64,000 nucleotides of DNA from Candidatus Bathyarchaeia archaeon (GCA_050010755.1 JBEKKK010000001.1:1216001-1280000); one strand, 5' to 3'; positions 9,151 through 19,579 are shown, counted from the first letter of the stretch. Program-made: numbers and translations. The notes: generated from the sequence alone by a model not told the origin.

Positions 9151-12100
9151 TTATGGGTCTGTGCTTCCGAAGTGTCTGGCAATCAACGCGATGTCTTTCA
9201 TGTCGATTCTTCCGTCGTTGTTGAAGTCTGCGTTAGGGTTCCAGTTGCTGGAACCTGGCATTGATCCGAAGGCTCTTGCGACTAGGGCTATGTCTCGCAT
9301 GTTAACCGTGCCGTCAGGCCATCCCTTCGGACCTGTAATGTCGCATGGAATTGAGACGATGACCCAGCCGCCTGTGCAGTTGTTGTTCGCCGTATTTGTT
9401 TCGCCTGGAACAGGCCAAGCATAAGCGCTTAACGTGTAGTTACCGTAGGCAAACCCAGTGGTGTTCCATGTGAACGTGAGTGTTGTTGAGGTTCCAGATG
9501 CTAGCGTTACGTTTTGTGACGCAACAGAGGTTGTGTTGGCATATGCTGTGACATTGAAGGTTTCTGTGTAGTTGCCTTGGTCTGCCACTGTGACGGTTAT
9601 GTTGGCGTTGAAGCCTTGACCGACCACAGTTTTAGAACTTGCAACGTTGGTGACAGCTACGTCGTGGGTTCCGATGTTCACTGTAACGTTCGCGTTGTTA
9701 GACGTTGCCTGCACTCCGACGCTGTCGGTGACATTTGCATAGATTGTGTACCAGCCTGCTGATGTAGGTGTGAAAGCCCAGCTAAAATTGGCGCTTGGAA
9801 CTGCTGAGCCATTCAAACACCATTGATAAGAGTATGGTAACGTACCGCCGGAAACGGTTGAATTGAACGTTTGAGACTGGCCAACATCCATAGTGACAGA
9901 ACTGGGCAAAACAGATACAGAAAGAGGACTGTTCACGTTAACAGTTGCAGTGTTGGAAATGGCAATTTCACCTAAGCTGTCAGTCACGTTGAGATAAACC
10001 GTGTAAGAGCCAGATGAATTCGGCGTAAAGGTCCACGTGGCGTCTGTAGCGCCTGAGACTAGAGCACCGTTGAGATACCACTGAAAAGAGTATGGCGAAG
10101 TGCCGCCAGAGACGTTTGACGTATACAGCTCGGACTGACCAACATCCACAATGACAGAGGCAGGCGATACGCTAACTGAAGGCAAAGAAGTAACTGTCAC
10201 AACTAAAATCTTAACGGTCCCGAGCTGAATAATAACACCGCTGGAACTAGACGATAATGGCTGCGCCACCGCCTGCAAGTACCAATCCCAAGTATTTCCA
10301 ATGTCACTAGGATAATCTGGCACTGAAACCGTAACTGGTAAGTAGAGGACGGAATTCGGCGCGATGGTGCCATCCATCTGTGCGATTGTGACGATAGGCA
10401 TTTCTGTTCCGGCGATTGACGTTCTAGCCTCGATATAAATCGTGTAATCCATTGTAAAATCGCCTTGATTGAGGAGTCCCCAACTTCCAGTAGCCTGTCC
10501 GCCTATCGATATGTTCTGTGGTGTGGAAGACGATTCCCACATATTGAATATTGAACCACCGATTTCGCCAAAAGCAAACTGGCCATTGACCGTCACATTC
10601 GCGGGAATAGACGTTGCCTGTACTCCAAGGCTGTCAGTAGCAACCACGCATATAGTGTCAGAACCAGGCAATTTGGGCGTGAATGTCCAAGTTGAACTTG
10701 TAGCGTTTGAAACTGCGTCGCCGTTGAAGTACCATTGATAAGAGTAGGGTCCTGTGCCGTCGGAAACGCTTGAATTGAACAGTTGAGGCTGCTCACCAGT
10801 CAAGGTAACTGAGATGGGCGAAATGCTCACAGAAGGTAAAGCGTTCACAGTTACAGGAGCAGTGTTAGATGCTACCTGCACTCCGACGCTGTCAGTGACG
10901 TTCACTTGCACCGTGTAGAAACCTGTTGATGTTGGAGTGAAAACCCACGTTGCGTCTGTGGCGCCCGAAATAGGCACACCGTCGAGATACCACTGAAAAG
11001 AGTATGGTGACGTGCCACCTGAAACGGTTGAGTTAAACGTTTGAGACTGACCAAAATCCAAATTAATTGACGCAGGCGAAATGCTGACTGTGGGAGGCAG
11101 AGGGTTTACCATAATAGTCGTGCTATTGTAAACAAAAACTCCAGCACTATCAATGATACCCACAGTTACGGCGAAGTACGCCGGTAACTCTGCTCCGTAT
11201 GGGAGTTCCTTCGATGGCACAAATGTGCATGCTTGACCACTGCCAAGCTGCGTGTCTAGCCCATTTGGAGTTACATTAAGATACCACGCCCACCAGTTAT
11301 TGTGGCGCCCGCTAGAGAGCTCATAGTAATATGGAGGGGTTCCGCAGGATACGTTGCAGGTGAAGGTTTGAGACTGATCAATATTGATGGTTGGTGAGGT
11401 GGGTGAGATGGTTACAGAAGGTCCTGCGATTACCGTGACGTTCGCTGTGTCAGACATAATTTGGGCACCGGCGCTATCGTTGATCGCCACATTAACCGAA
11501 TAAAACCCTGGAGAAGAGGGCTCGAAACAATATGTTGGCCACTCGCCGCCCGTGGGAGAACCGTTGAGATACCACTGATAAGAGTATGGAGACGTGCCGC
11601 CAATAATACTTGAATTGAAAGTCAGAGACATGGCCTCACCGTTAACATCCACACCCACTTCCAAGTTAGAGGTGAGGGGCGAGATACTTACGGAAAGGCT
11701 GGGGTTCACCGTAACGTTTGCCGTGTTAGATACTGCTTGTATACTATCGTTATCAGTAACTACCACATAAAAAGAATTAAGCCCTGGAGATGGTGGAGCA
11801 AACGTATACGCTGTGTCATTGGCGTCAGCAACTGTAGAACCGTTAAGATACCACTGATAAGAGTTCGACGACATAAAAGCATCAGGACCCAAACTTAAAA
11901 TTTGAGATTGCCCAAAATCCAAATCAACCGAAGCGGGCTCTAGCAGAGGGGGAAGAACCACTACGGGGAAAGATATTCGAACTCCCGAGTTAAAAATGAC
12001 ACCGCCTCCTGCTGATGACTGCGATTCTCCGATTGCTGCGACGGCAAAGTTCCAGGCGGAACCTACTTCCGAAGGATAACACGGCACTATTGCAATGATA

Positions 12101-13647
12101 TTAATTGTAATCTGCTGGCGAGGAAGTAACGTCCCGCTGGTCGGCGTAATGGTTAACGTGGGTGGAACCGAACCATCAGATATATCGCTAAGAAGAACAC
12201 TACCTATTGAAAAATTAAGTGGGGATTCTCCCGCGTTAAAAACATACCAGTCCCAGTTTTCTTGTCCGCCACTCGGGACGGAGATGTTAATCGGGCCGGC
12301 CGTTGCGCCTATTTGGCCTGGTCCAGGAGGCGGAGGAGTGAAAGTAACGCTTACGTAAGCAGAGGCGGCAAGTCCATTGCTGTCAATAGCTGTAACATTG
12401 ATCGTGTATGTTCCCGATTGGGCATACGTGTAGGTCTGCGGGAATCCACCACTGGAAGATTGGCCATCCCCCCACTGCCAGGTTATGCTCGTGATAGTTG
12501 CTCCGTAGGTCGTTGGCTCGGCGGTTCCATTGATAGTAACTGATAAATCGTTGAGACAGGCTGGGTAAAGAACTATTATTGGCTGTCCATTAACTGACAC
12601 GGCGGGCATCAAGCCATTCGGCGGGTAAGATCTTAACCTGACCCAATACACGGTTAAGGTTCCTGAATTATCGCCGCCTCCAGAAAAGAACATCACAGGG
12701 CTGGGCGAAGAGAGGCCTGCGGGGATTGTGTCTGTTTGTATATAGTTGTTTTGGAATGAGCTTGAAGATGATGAGGAAGCATACACGGTGAGGACCTCGT
12801 TGGTTCCATCTGTTAGATATGCAATATTTCCAGCAATACTCCCATTAGTGCTGGTCACTACATCGCCGGTGCCTGCTCCTCCCAAGGCGCCGTTAAATCC
12901 AAAACCCACGACTCCATAGCCTGTGGGTGGACTGATAGAGTAACCACCGCCTATCATGCTGGTGTCCGAAGCTGAAGCAGTATTGGCCGAGCCGTAAAAG
13001 TCAAGCACCCGAGAGGGATCCAAACCATAATTTGAACTTGTTTGTACGTAACAAAATGAACTCCCAGGAACCTGAAGCTGGTTATTTGTCATGATTGGCC
13101 CAGTAGCGTTCCAGCCTGATGGAACATTGGATCCGGCAAAATTCTGGTATAGAGTTGGAAAAACGAATGAGCCAGTATCGTACTCTCCATAGACGGGGCT
13201 AAGCTCAGGTGCTTCCCCGGTTGTCTGGGCGTTGAAGAGATTTGTCGATGTGGATGCGAATCCCATGTAAAGCGTTACGTTAGACAATGCGGGGATTCCG
13301 GTAGCGATGTTTAGCCAGTAGACCGTGTTTGTTGCAGTATTTGTGTTTCCTGATTCGAGCCAACTTGGAATAATTGCCCCGTTGGAATTGAAGAACTCAA
13401 CATTTTGTAGGTCTGGCGCTTCATACGACATGTACGCGGTGCTATCTACTGCTATCATCTGTTGGAACGGAGTCGAAGTCGCTACCAGTTGAGTGTTGAA
13501 AAGCGTAATTGGAACGGAATAGACTATTCCTGCGGGCGGAAAGTCAGCCCTCGCTATTTTGGACGCTACTGCTAACATGCTAACTATGAGCAAAAGCAGC
13601 ATTAGGCTTGAAACAGTCTTCCTAACCAGTCTAACTCCCTTCCTCAA
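9151..13647 (-). CDS. Giant secreted surface protein: signal peptide, DUF2341-like N-terminal region, PKD/Ig-like repeats, CARDB-like domain, C-terminal dockerin
   Basis: About seven repeats of S.VSGGTSPYS(Y/F)QWYLNG...WTFTP; PKD motif W.WGDG; dockerin DITG...DGTVNMRDIALVARAFG / NADFNNDGRIDMKDIALIARHFG. Confidence 0.85.
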   Translation of the reverse strand: MRKGVRLVRKTVSSLMLLLLIVSMLAVASKIARADFPPAGIVYSVPITLFNTQLVATSTPFQQMIAVDSTAYMSYEAPDLQNVEFFNSNGAIIPSWLESGNTNTATNTVYWLNIATGIPALSNVTLYMGFASTSTNLFNAQTTGEAPELSPVYGEYDTGSFVFPTLYQNFAGSNVPSGWNATGPIMTNNQLQVPGSSFCYVQTSSNYGLDPSRVLDFYGSANTASASDTSMIGGGYSISPPTGYGVVGFGFNGALGGAGTGDVVTSTNGSIAGNIAYLTDGTNEVLTVYASSSSSSSFQNNYIQTDTIPAGLSSPSPVMFFSGGGDNSGTLTVYWVRLRSYPPNGLMPAVSVNGQPIIVLYPACLNDLSVTINGTAEPTTYGATITSITWQWGDGQSSSGGFPQTYTYAQSGTYTINVTAIDSNGLAASAYVSVTFTPPPPGPGQIGATAGPINISVPSGGQENWDWYVFNAGESPLNFSIGSVLLSDISDGSVPPTLTITPTSGTLLPRQQITINIIAIVPCYPSEVGSAWNFAVAAIGESQSSAGGGVIFNSGVRISFPVVVLPPLLEPASVDLDFGQSQILSLGPDAFMSSNSYQWYLNGSTVADANDTAYTFAPPSPGLNSFYVVVTDNDSIQAVSNTANVTVNPSLSVSISPLTSNLEVGVDVNGEAMSLTFNSSIIGGTSPYSYQWYLNGSPTGGEWPTYCFEPSSPGFYSVNVAINDSAGAQIMSDTANVTVIAGPSVTISPTSPTINIDQSQTFTCNVSCGTPPYYYELSSGRHNNWWAWYLNVTPNGLDTQLGSGQACTFVPSKELPYGAELPAYFAVTVGIIDSAGVFVYNSTTIMVNPLPPTVSISPASINLDFGQSQTFNSTVSGGTSPYSFQWYLDGVPISGATDATWVFTPTSTGFYTVQVNVTDSVGVQVASNTAPVTVNALPSVSISPISVTLTGEQPQLFNSSVSDGTGPYSYQWYFNGDAVSNATSSTWTFTPKLPGSDTICVVATDSLGVQATSIPANVTVNGQFAFGEIGGSIFNMWESSSTPQNISIGGQATGSWGLLNQGDFTMDYTIYIEARTSIAGTEMPIVTIAQMDGTIAPNSVLYLPVTVSVPDYPSDIGNTWDWYLQAVAQPLSSSSSGVIIQLGTVKILVVTVTSLPSVSVSPASVIVDVGQSELYTSNVSGGTSPYSFQWYLNGALVSGATDATWTFTPNSSGSYTVYLNVTDSLGEIAISNTATVNVNSPLSVSVLPSSVTMDVGQSQTFNSTVSGGTLPYSYQWCLNGSAVPSANFSWAFTPTSAGWYTIYANVTDSVGVQATSNNANVTVNIGTHDVAVTNVASSKTVVGQGFNANITVTVADQGNYTETFNVTAYANTTSVASQNVTLASGTSTTLTFTWNTTGFAYGNYTLSAYAWPVPGETNTANNNCTGGWVIVSIPCDITGPKGWPDGTVNMRDIALVARAFGSMPGSSNWNPNADFNNDGRIDMKDIALIARHFGSTDP

Positions 13648-13949
13648 ACTCCAAATTAGCTTTCCGTCATAAGAAGTTTGTGAAAGAGTCTTCCATCATC
13701 ATCCACGTCGATACTATCAAGACGTGACCTAGAGAGAACGGTTGAGGCGAAGCAAGGAAAAAAGAGTTCGAATGGAAATAATAACTTAGCGCTTTTATAT
13801 GCCGCCCTCTGCCCTGTATTATATGTCTGCTATTCTTGGCCCGAAAGGCATGGACGAGAACGAGCTGAAATAATACCTAGAAATTATTTCTAAGCGTCAA
13901 GTCCTTGGGGTACTGTACTGATTTAGAAACACCGTTGCTAAGTTTCCGA

Positions 13950-14419
13950 TTATTTGAAGAGGTCTGGCTTGTTTTCTTCCCATGAGCCAGAAACGTAGTC
14001 GCTCGTTGAGCCGAGGCTTTTGAGTCCCCCGAACTCTTTAAGTTTCCAGGCGTCGCTCTTGAATATCCCTTTGCCATATAGGTTTCGCAGCAGCCGCGTA
14101 GCCAGTGTGGGAAGAGGTCAACCGTAAGTTTGAGGATCTCCTGTGGACGCTTTCTCTGAAGGTGCTCATGCCAGTGGAGCGTTCCGTTAGGCGTAGCGGA
14201 AGGGAAAACGTAGCAGTCTCTGTCAGGGACCATCTAACGCCATTCATGAACAATCATGCTTAACTTTGCCATTGGTCCAACAAGCGGAAGAATTATCTCT
14301 TTCCGCAATTGTCCATGCTTCAAAGGCTGCACGTTGGCCAGATAAATCATGTCAGGGAAGCTTTCGAACTGGATTTTTTTGAAGGTAATAGCTTCTGAGA
14401 TTCTGCAGCCTGAAAGAAA
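13950..14419 (-). pseudogene. Tyrosine recombinase/integrase remnant (catalytic domain)
   Basis: Manual translation gives SGCRISEA (box I Arg), in-frame TAG at 14234-14236, FPHWLRG (HxLR), a frameshift near 14065, then KLKEFGG...STSDYVSGSWEE (catalytic Tyr region) to TAA at 13950. Confidence 0.75.
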
Positions 14420-14598
14420 TCATAAGAGCCTGGGGAATGAACCCCGAGGAAATCTTGACGAGAAAAGAGTTCTCAGAACCACACGCAACCTACACTTCCG
14501 GCGAACATGAAGAACAGGCAATCAAAGAACTTAGCAATGCACTTAAGGAAATGATGCATAAGGAGTTATTGGATGGTTCAAGGAAAGACGGGAACTAA
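14410..14598 (+). pseudogene. C-terminal fragment of a second gene, probably an integrase tail
   Basis: Open frame LKEIIRAWGMNPEEILTRKEFSEPHAT...KELLDGSRKDGN* with no upstream start; resembles C-terminal extensions of Bathyarchaeia integrases (from recall, not searched). Confidence 0.5.
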
Positions 14599-14623
14599 AA
14601 TGTATCGAATATCTCCTAGGAAC

Positions 14624-15235
14624 CTATCCGTTTTCGGTTCGAGTATCCTCCACTTTAGGAAAATTCTCAAAAACTTGTTTTAACTCTCTCTTCATTGATG
14701 CTGTGTCTTGGCTTAGCCCAAAATAATCAGCGAAATATTCGGTTGTTCTGAGGACCAATGAACGTCCGTTTCTTTCGCTGGCAATCAAACCCATGTCTTT
14801 AAGCTCTTTTATGTGGCCGTAGGCATGGTGACCGCGCACATCAACGACTCTCTTCTGCACTATAGGTTGCCGGTATGCTATGTACGAAAGCGTCTTCAAT
14901 GGACCGACTGAGAGCAGCGGTCTATTGATGAATCTTCTGACGTTCGGCGTGAAATCGCTTTTTAGCTGCATGACAAATCTCTCATCTTTTAGTTTCAGGA
15001 TTTCGAGGGCTGTGTTCCTGTTTAAGTAGTCTTGAATCAGTTTTTCCACAACCTTTCTTGTCCTAGCCTTTGACCTTGTCTTCAGAACCGAGCACAACTC
15101 GTTCATGTCCAGTGGGTGCCCCGCGACGTATAATGCAGCTTCCACAAGCACTAGGTCATGCTTCGGTTTGCTTTCTTTTTCATCTTGTCCAACTTCCACG
15201 TTGGAGTCGACTGGCAGTTTCTCAGCTTCTTGCAA
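14624..15235 (-). CDS. scpB: SMC-Scp complex subunit ScpB
   Basis: VEAALYVAG.PL, LKTLSYIAYRQPI, TTEYFADYFGL; downstream of smc-scpA. Confidence 0.93.
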   Translation of the reverse strand: MQEAEKLPVDSNVEVGQDEKESKPKHDLVLVEAALYVAGHPLDMNELCSVLKTRSKARTRKVVEKLIQDYLNRNTALEILKLKDERFVMQLKSDFTPNVRRFINRPLLSVGPLKTLSYIAYRQPIVQKRVVDVRGHHAYGHIKELKDMGLIASERNGRSLVLRTTEYFADYFGLSQDTASMKRELKQVFENFPKVEDTRTENG

Positions 15236-15914
15236 GATTTAACTCTCCAACCGTGATGTAAATCTCCTCTGTCTCCTCGTTCTGCCACAGGTTTATCCTT
15301 CCCTCTTGGGCGAGAAAGAGCAGAAGGATGAATGTGCGGACGGCCTCCAGTCTTCCAACATCCTTTACGAGGGTTGAGAGTTCTATCAAGCCTGCGCCTT
15401 TCACTCTCTCGGACAGAGATGCGTAGAGTTTTTCCATCTGGAGTTCGATTTCCATCAGGTACAAATCCAGTTGTGGAAGAATCTCTGACGGTGTCGGCAG
15501 AACGTTTTGTGCAATCGTTTTTTCTAAGTGTATCAATTTTTCGCCCTTCAACACGTCATCAAGAACTTCTAGCAGGTTTTTTATCGTTGTTGATGTGAGT
15601 TCGTGTCTGAGGGGCAGAAACAGGGGAGGGGGCAAAAAGTCTAGTGGTCCCTTTGGCGGTGGCGGAGGCTCCTCTAGCTTGAGTAAGAGTCTGGACTTCA
15701 TGAGGTATATTAGGGCTGAAGAATCAAGGGCCACGCCGGAGGCTCTGAAATCGACTTGTCCTGTCTTCTCCATGCGTTCAAGGAATGATGTAAGCAAATA
15801 GGCAATGTTGACGTTCCATGGTGCAAGCTTCTCGAGTTTGTTAAACTCGAAGAGGATGTTCCATGGGGGAAGCAGGTAGAAAGGTTTTCTTATTGCCGCA
15901 GGCGTGGAAATCAG
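15222..15914 (-). CDS. scpA: Kleisin ScpA (likely CTG start overlapping the smc stop)
   Basis: Frame stays open upstream of the listed ORF through PPWNILF..LEKLAPWNVNIAYLL; C-terminal winged helix FILLLFLAQEGRINLWQ. Confidence 0.88.
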   Translation of the reverse strand: MISTPAAIRKPFYLLPPWNILFEFNKLEKLAPWNVNIAYLLTSFLERMEKTGQVDFRASGVALDSSALIYLMKSRLLLKLEEPPPPPKGPLDFLPPPLFLPLRHELTSTTIKNLLEVLDDVLKGEKLIHLEKTIAQNVLPTPSEILPQLDLYLMEIELQMEKLYASLSERVKGAGLIELSTLVKDVGRLEAVRTFILLLFLAQEGRINLWQNEETEEIYITVGELNLARS

Positions 15915-18900
15915 TCATGCGCCTCCAGGAATTTTGCTGACACGACGTTCGAGTTTCCGTCGCGCATGTAAACGCCGTACACTTTTTGGGCTTTGTTCAC
16001 CATTTCGGGCTTCAGTGTGATGACTATGAACTGGGTTTTGTCCGCCTCTTCCAAGAGCAGATCGGCCAGTTTCGTCACGTGCAGTGCGTCAAGGTGCGCG
16101 TCTACCTCGTCGAGAATGTAGAACGATGCGGGTGTGAACTCTCTCAGGGCGAATATGAATGCGACGGCTGCTACTGAGCGTTCGCCGCCGCTGGCTCCAC
16201 CCACTACTATTGAGGGCTTGTTGGGAAACGTCACAATCATGTCTATTCCGCCTTGGAACGGGTCTTCAGCGTTTTCGAGTGTCAGGACGGCGTGTCCTCC
16301 TCCTGTGACTTTTGAGAAGTATTTGCTCAAGTTCTGGTTTATTTTGTCGAATGCTTCTGTGAAGACTTTGCGTTTTTTGCTTTCGATTTCGTCCATGAAC
16401 TGCACTATTGCTTGTTTTTCTTTTTCAAGCTCATTCATTCTCATCGAAAGTTCTTTGTAACGCGAAATCTGATCTGCGTAATGAGAAAGTGCAAGTTGGT
16501 TGACCGCGCCTATTCTTTCCAGTTCGAACTGCATCATTCTTATGGAAGTTTCGGCCTCTTCAACCTGTTTCGGCGCGACGATCAGCGGTTGATCGTAGCC
16601 GAGAAGTTTGAGTTGGTTTCGGTTCTGTTCAAGCCGCAGCTGAGAAGTTTGAACGTTCAGTTGAAGCTGATTCACCAGTCTGTCAACCTGCTCATATTCG
16701 GCGTCGAGTTTCTTGAGTTCCTTGTCTATGTCGTCAATCTGAGCCGTGAATTTCTTCGATTCTTCTCTCGCTGAGAAAACGCTCTTCGAAAGTTCAATCC
16801 GGCTTTTTTCGAGTTCTCCCAATTCCTGCTTCAGTGATTCTCTTTCTCTCAGTGCTTCTTCGACTTCTTTCTCGACTCTTCCCTGTTGCTGATTGACTTT
16901 AGAGACTTGTATCTTTGAGTTTTGATATCCAACTCTTAACACGTTGTCAAATTGCGATTGAAGCGTTGACTTTTCGGTCTCGGTGGCGCCGAGCTTCTGT
17001 CTCAAGGTGATTATTTCCTCGGCGAGTTTTTCTCTCTCAACTTCCATTTCCTGAATGTGTGCTGGATCTGCCTTCTTTCTCAAGGAAGCCAATTCGGTTT
17101 GGAGCTTCCGCATTTCCTTTTGGATTGTGCTCCTCTCAGCCCTGTGTATCCACATCTGCGATTTTTCATTCTCTATTTCTTTGTCGCTTCGAGTAACTTC
17201 GTGATCAATTCGTTTGACGTTTGATATTGTTCTTCTGATGTTTCTTTTGACTCTGGTTATCTCCCGTTCCAGAGTGGTGATGCTTTCTGTCAGGCGGGCG
17301 ATTTCGACGCGAGTCTTGGCGATTTCCTCTTCGAATCCGGTGATGTCGCTTCCTCTTCTTGAGAGGTGCTGTTGCAGCGCGTTGACTGCTTCGTCTAGGT
17401 TCTTGATGGCAAGTTCGCTCGGGATTATCGTTGAGAAGTCTATTGGAGCGCGGTAGTATCCGCTCTCAAACGCGCCGCCTACCTCGTAAACGTCCCCGTT
17501 GACGGTGACTGCGCGGCAGCCTTGGGCTGAGAGGGCTAGGGCGGTCTTGTCGTCTGAAACTATTAGCGTGTCTCCGAAAACAAAGTTGATAGCTGGCTGG
17601 AAGTTTTTCTCAAATTTCATGAAGAGTGAAGCTGCCCCGTTTATTCCTTCTTTTTCAGGAATTTTTGTTGGTTTGGCGTTCGTTGCTTCTTGTAGGGGGA
17701 TTATCTTTATCCGTCCTAGCTTCATTTTTCTGAGTGTCTCTGTGCATGTGAAGGCTGAATCAAGATCTCTTACCACAAGTGCGTCCAGCCATCCAGTGGC
17801 GGCTGCTTCTATTGCGCGCTGAAAGTTCTTGTCAATCTTTATCACGTTGCGCAGTCTTCCGTAGACGCCTTGGATTACGCCGAGGTCGCCCAGTTCTTCT
17901 ATGCTCCTTAACGCTTTTTCTTCTGCTGCGACGGTTTCTGCAAGTTCCCTTTGTGTCACGAACTCTACGACTGCTTCACGGGCTGAATCGGCGATTTTTC
18001 CAGCCTCTTTTATTTCTCTCTCTGCAGCTTCTCTCTGTGCCATTCGTTTTTCGCGGGTTCGTTCTAGGTTTTTCAGCTGTGTCTTTTGTTCTTTCTGGAC
18101 TTTTTCTAGTTCAAGGAATGACTTTTCCAGTTCACTCAATGTCCCGGAGAATCGCGTTTTTCGGTCTTGCAGATCTCTAAGTCTTCTGGCGCGCACTCTG
18201 ATTGTTGTCTGGTTTTTCAGGTACTCAGATCTTAGGAATGCGAGCCTTTTGTAGTCATCCTCGAGTTTAAGCTCGATTTCGCGAATTCTCTTGCTGTTTT
18301 GGCCGAGGTTTTCCCAAAGGTGAACGGTTTCTTTTGCGAGAGCATCGTGTTCATCTTGTTTCTGACTTGTTTGGTAGGAGATTCTTTCTTTTTCATTAAT
18401 CAACTGTCTGATTCTCAGACGATTTTCATGTATTTCTTTTCGAATCGACTGGTACTGTCCCACATTGTTTTCTCTTATCTGCTTCAGGCCTTCTAGGCTT
18501 GTTTTGCCAGAGCTGATTCTTGAGGCCATTTCTGTCAGTTTTGACTTGAGTTCTCCGATTCTCACCTGCACTTTCAGGACTTGTGAGCCGCCTTCTTCTA
18601 CTATTTCTGAGCTGAGCCTTCGCCATTCGCCTTCGACTGCTCTTCTTTTCGATCTACGATCGTCCCGCAGTTGTCTCAGTTTTTCGAGTTTGCCGCCGAT
18701 TTTTTCTGCTTCCGAAGAAGTTTCCTCAACCTTTTTCTGTGTTTGCGCCATTTCGTACGAGATTTTTACTGTTTCAAACTTTTTTATCTCACCGTGAATG
18801 AAGTTGGCTCTCAATAGTTCGTTGCGCTCTCTTTCCAGATCATCCAATCTTTTCTGGACTTCATCTATTCTTCCCATGGCCGTGCGGATGGAAATGTCTG

Positions 18901-19462
18901 CTGCTCGAAGCTTCTCTTCTGCTTGAGCTTTTTCGTCGTCGTATTGGCCTATCCCGACCAGATCTTCGATTATTTTTCGGCGTTCCATGGGTGAGATGTC
19001 TGTCAGACGTGTGATCGTGCCTTGCAGGATTATGTTCTGACTCATGGAGCTAATTCCAGCCATGGAGAGAATCTCCAAGGAGTGTGCTCTGGATATTCTT
19101 CTTCCATTGAGTCGGTATACACTCTGGCCGTTTCTGTAGACCTCCCGCGAAATCGTGACGGTAATGGTGTCAACGGGCATGCGTCCGTCTGAATTGTCAA
19201 ATTGAATGACGACCTTGGCCATTTTTGCTCTTTCCAAGCCAGCCTTTTCAGACCCGTTAAATAGCAGTTTGGCGGCGGTTTCCGCACGGAGTCTTCTCGT
19301 GCTCAATTCGCCGAGCGAGAACAAGAAGGCATCTAGAATGTTTGTTTTTCCGCTCCCGTTGGGGCCTGTGATGGCGGTGAAACCTTTATCTAGAGATACT
19401 TTAACGCCCTGCGGTCCGAATGACTTGAAGCCTTTAAGCTCTATCTTCTTAATGTAGGGCAT
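15911..19462 (-). CDS. smc: Chromosome segregation protein SMC
   Basis: GFKSF, Walker A GPNGSGKTN, coiled coils, hinge, SGGERS signature, LDEVDAHLD. Confidence 0.98.
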   Translation of the reverse strand: MPYIKKIELKGFKSFGPQGVKVSLDKGFTAITGPNGSGKTNILDAFLFSLGELSTRRLRAETAAKLLFNGSEKAGLERAKMAKVVIQFDNSDGRMPVDTITVTISREVYRNGQSVYRLNGRRISRAHSLEILSMAGISSMSQNIILQGTITRLTDISPMERRKIIEDLVGIGQYDDEKAQAEEKLRAADISIRTAMGRIDEVQKRLDDLERERNELLRANFIHGEIKKFETVKISYEMAQTQKKVEETSSEAEKIGGKLEKLRQLRDDRRSKRRAVEGEWRRLSSEIVEEGGSQVLKVQVRIGELKSKLTEMASRISSGKTSLEGLKQIRENNVGQYQSIRKEIHENRLRIRQLINEKERISYQTSQKQDEHDALAKETVHLWENLGQNSKRIREIELKLEDDYKRLAFLRSEYLKNQTTIRVRARRLRDLQDRKTRFSGTLSELEKSFLELEKVQKEQKTQLKNLERTREKRMAQREAAEREIKEAGKIADSAREAVVEFVTQRELAETVAAEEKALRSIEELGDLGVIQGVYGRLRNVIKIDKNFQRAIEAAATGWLDALVVRDLDSAFTCTETLRKMKLGRIKIIPLQEATNAKPTKIPEKEGINGAASLFMKFEKNFQPAINFVFGDTLIVSDDKTALALSAQGCRAVTVNGDVYEVGGAFESGYYRAPIDFSTIIPSELAIKNLDEAVNALQQHLSRRGSDITGFEEEIAKTRVEIARLTESITTLEREITRVKRNIRRTISNVKRIDHEVTRSDKEIENEKSQMWIHRAERSTIQKEMRKLQTELASLRKKADPAHIQEMEVEREKLAEEIITLRQKLGATETEKSTLQSQFDNVLRVGYQNSKIQVSKVNQQQGRVEKEVEEALRERESLKQELGELEKSRIELSKSVFSAREESKKFTAQIDDIDKELKKLDAEYEQVDRLVNQLQLNVQTSQLRLEQNRNQLKLLGYDQPLIVAPKQVEEAETSIRMMQFELERIGAVNQLALSHYADQISRYKELSMRMNELEKEKQAIVQFMDEIESKKRKVFTEAFDKINQNLSKYFSKVTGGGHAVLTLENAEDPFQGGIDMIVTFPNKPSIVVGGASGGERSVAAVAFIFALREFTPASFYILDEVDAHLDALHVTKLADLLLEEADKTQFIVITLKPEMVNKAQKVYGVYMRDGNSNVVSAKFLEAHD

Positions 19463-19526
19463 TTAGTTTAGGCCCTCGTTTTCTCTGGAGCATGCCCCTT
19501 TCTCATCGTAGACATTTGTCCGACGT

Positions 19527-19540
19527 TTTTATATATAAAA
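19527..19540. promoter_or_regulatory. Palindromic TATA element upstream of smc
   Basis: TTTTATATATAAAA is a perfect palindrome about 65 bp upstream of the smc start. Confidence 0.5.
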
Positions 19541-19579
19541 TGTTTACTGTGTCTCCAAGCTTTAAAATTTACGTACTTT

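Noticed and set aside
14597-14630. Resemblance to 30604-30680 (AAAATGTAT..CGAAT, CTAGGAAC)
   Set aside because: Short, gapped and in inconsistent orientation; could be chance.
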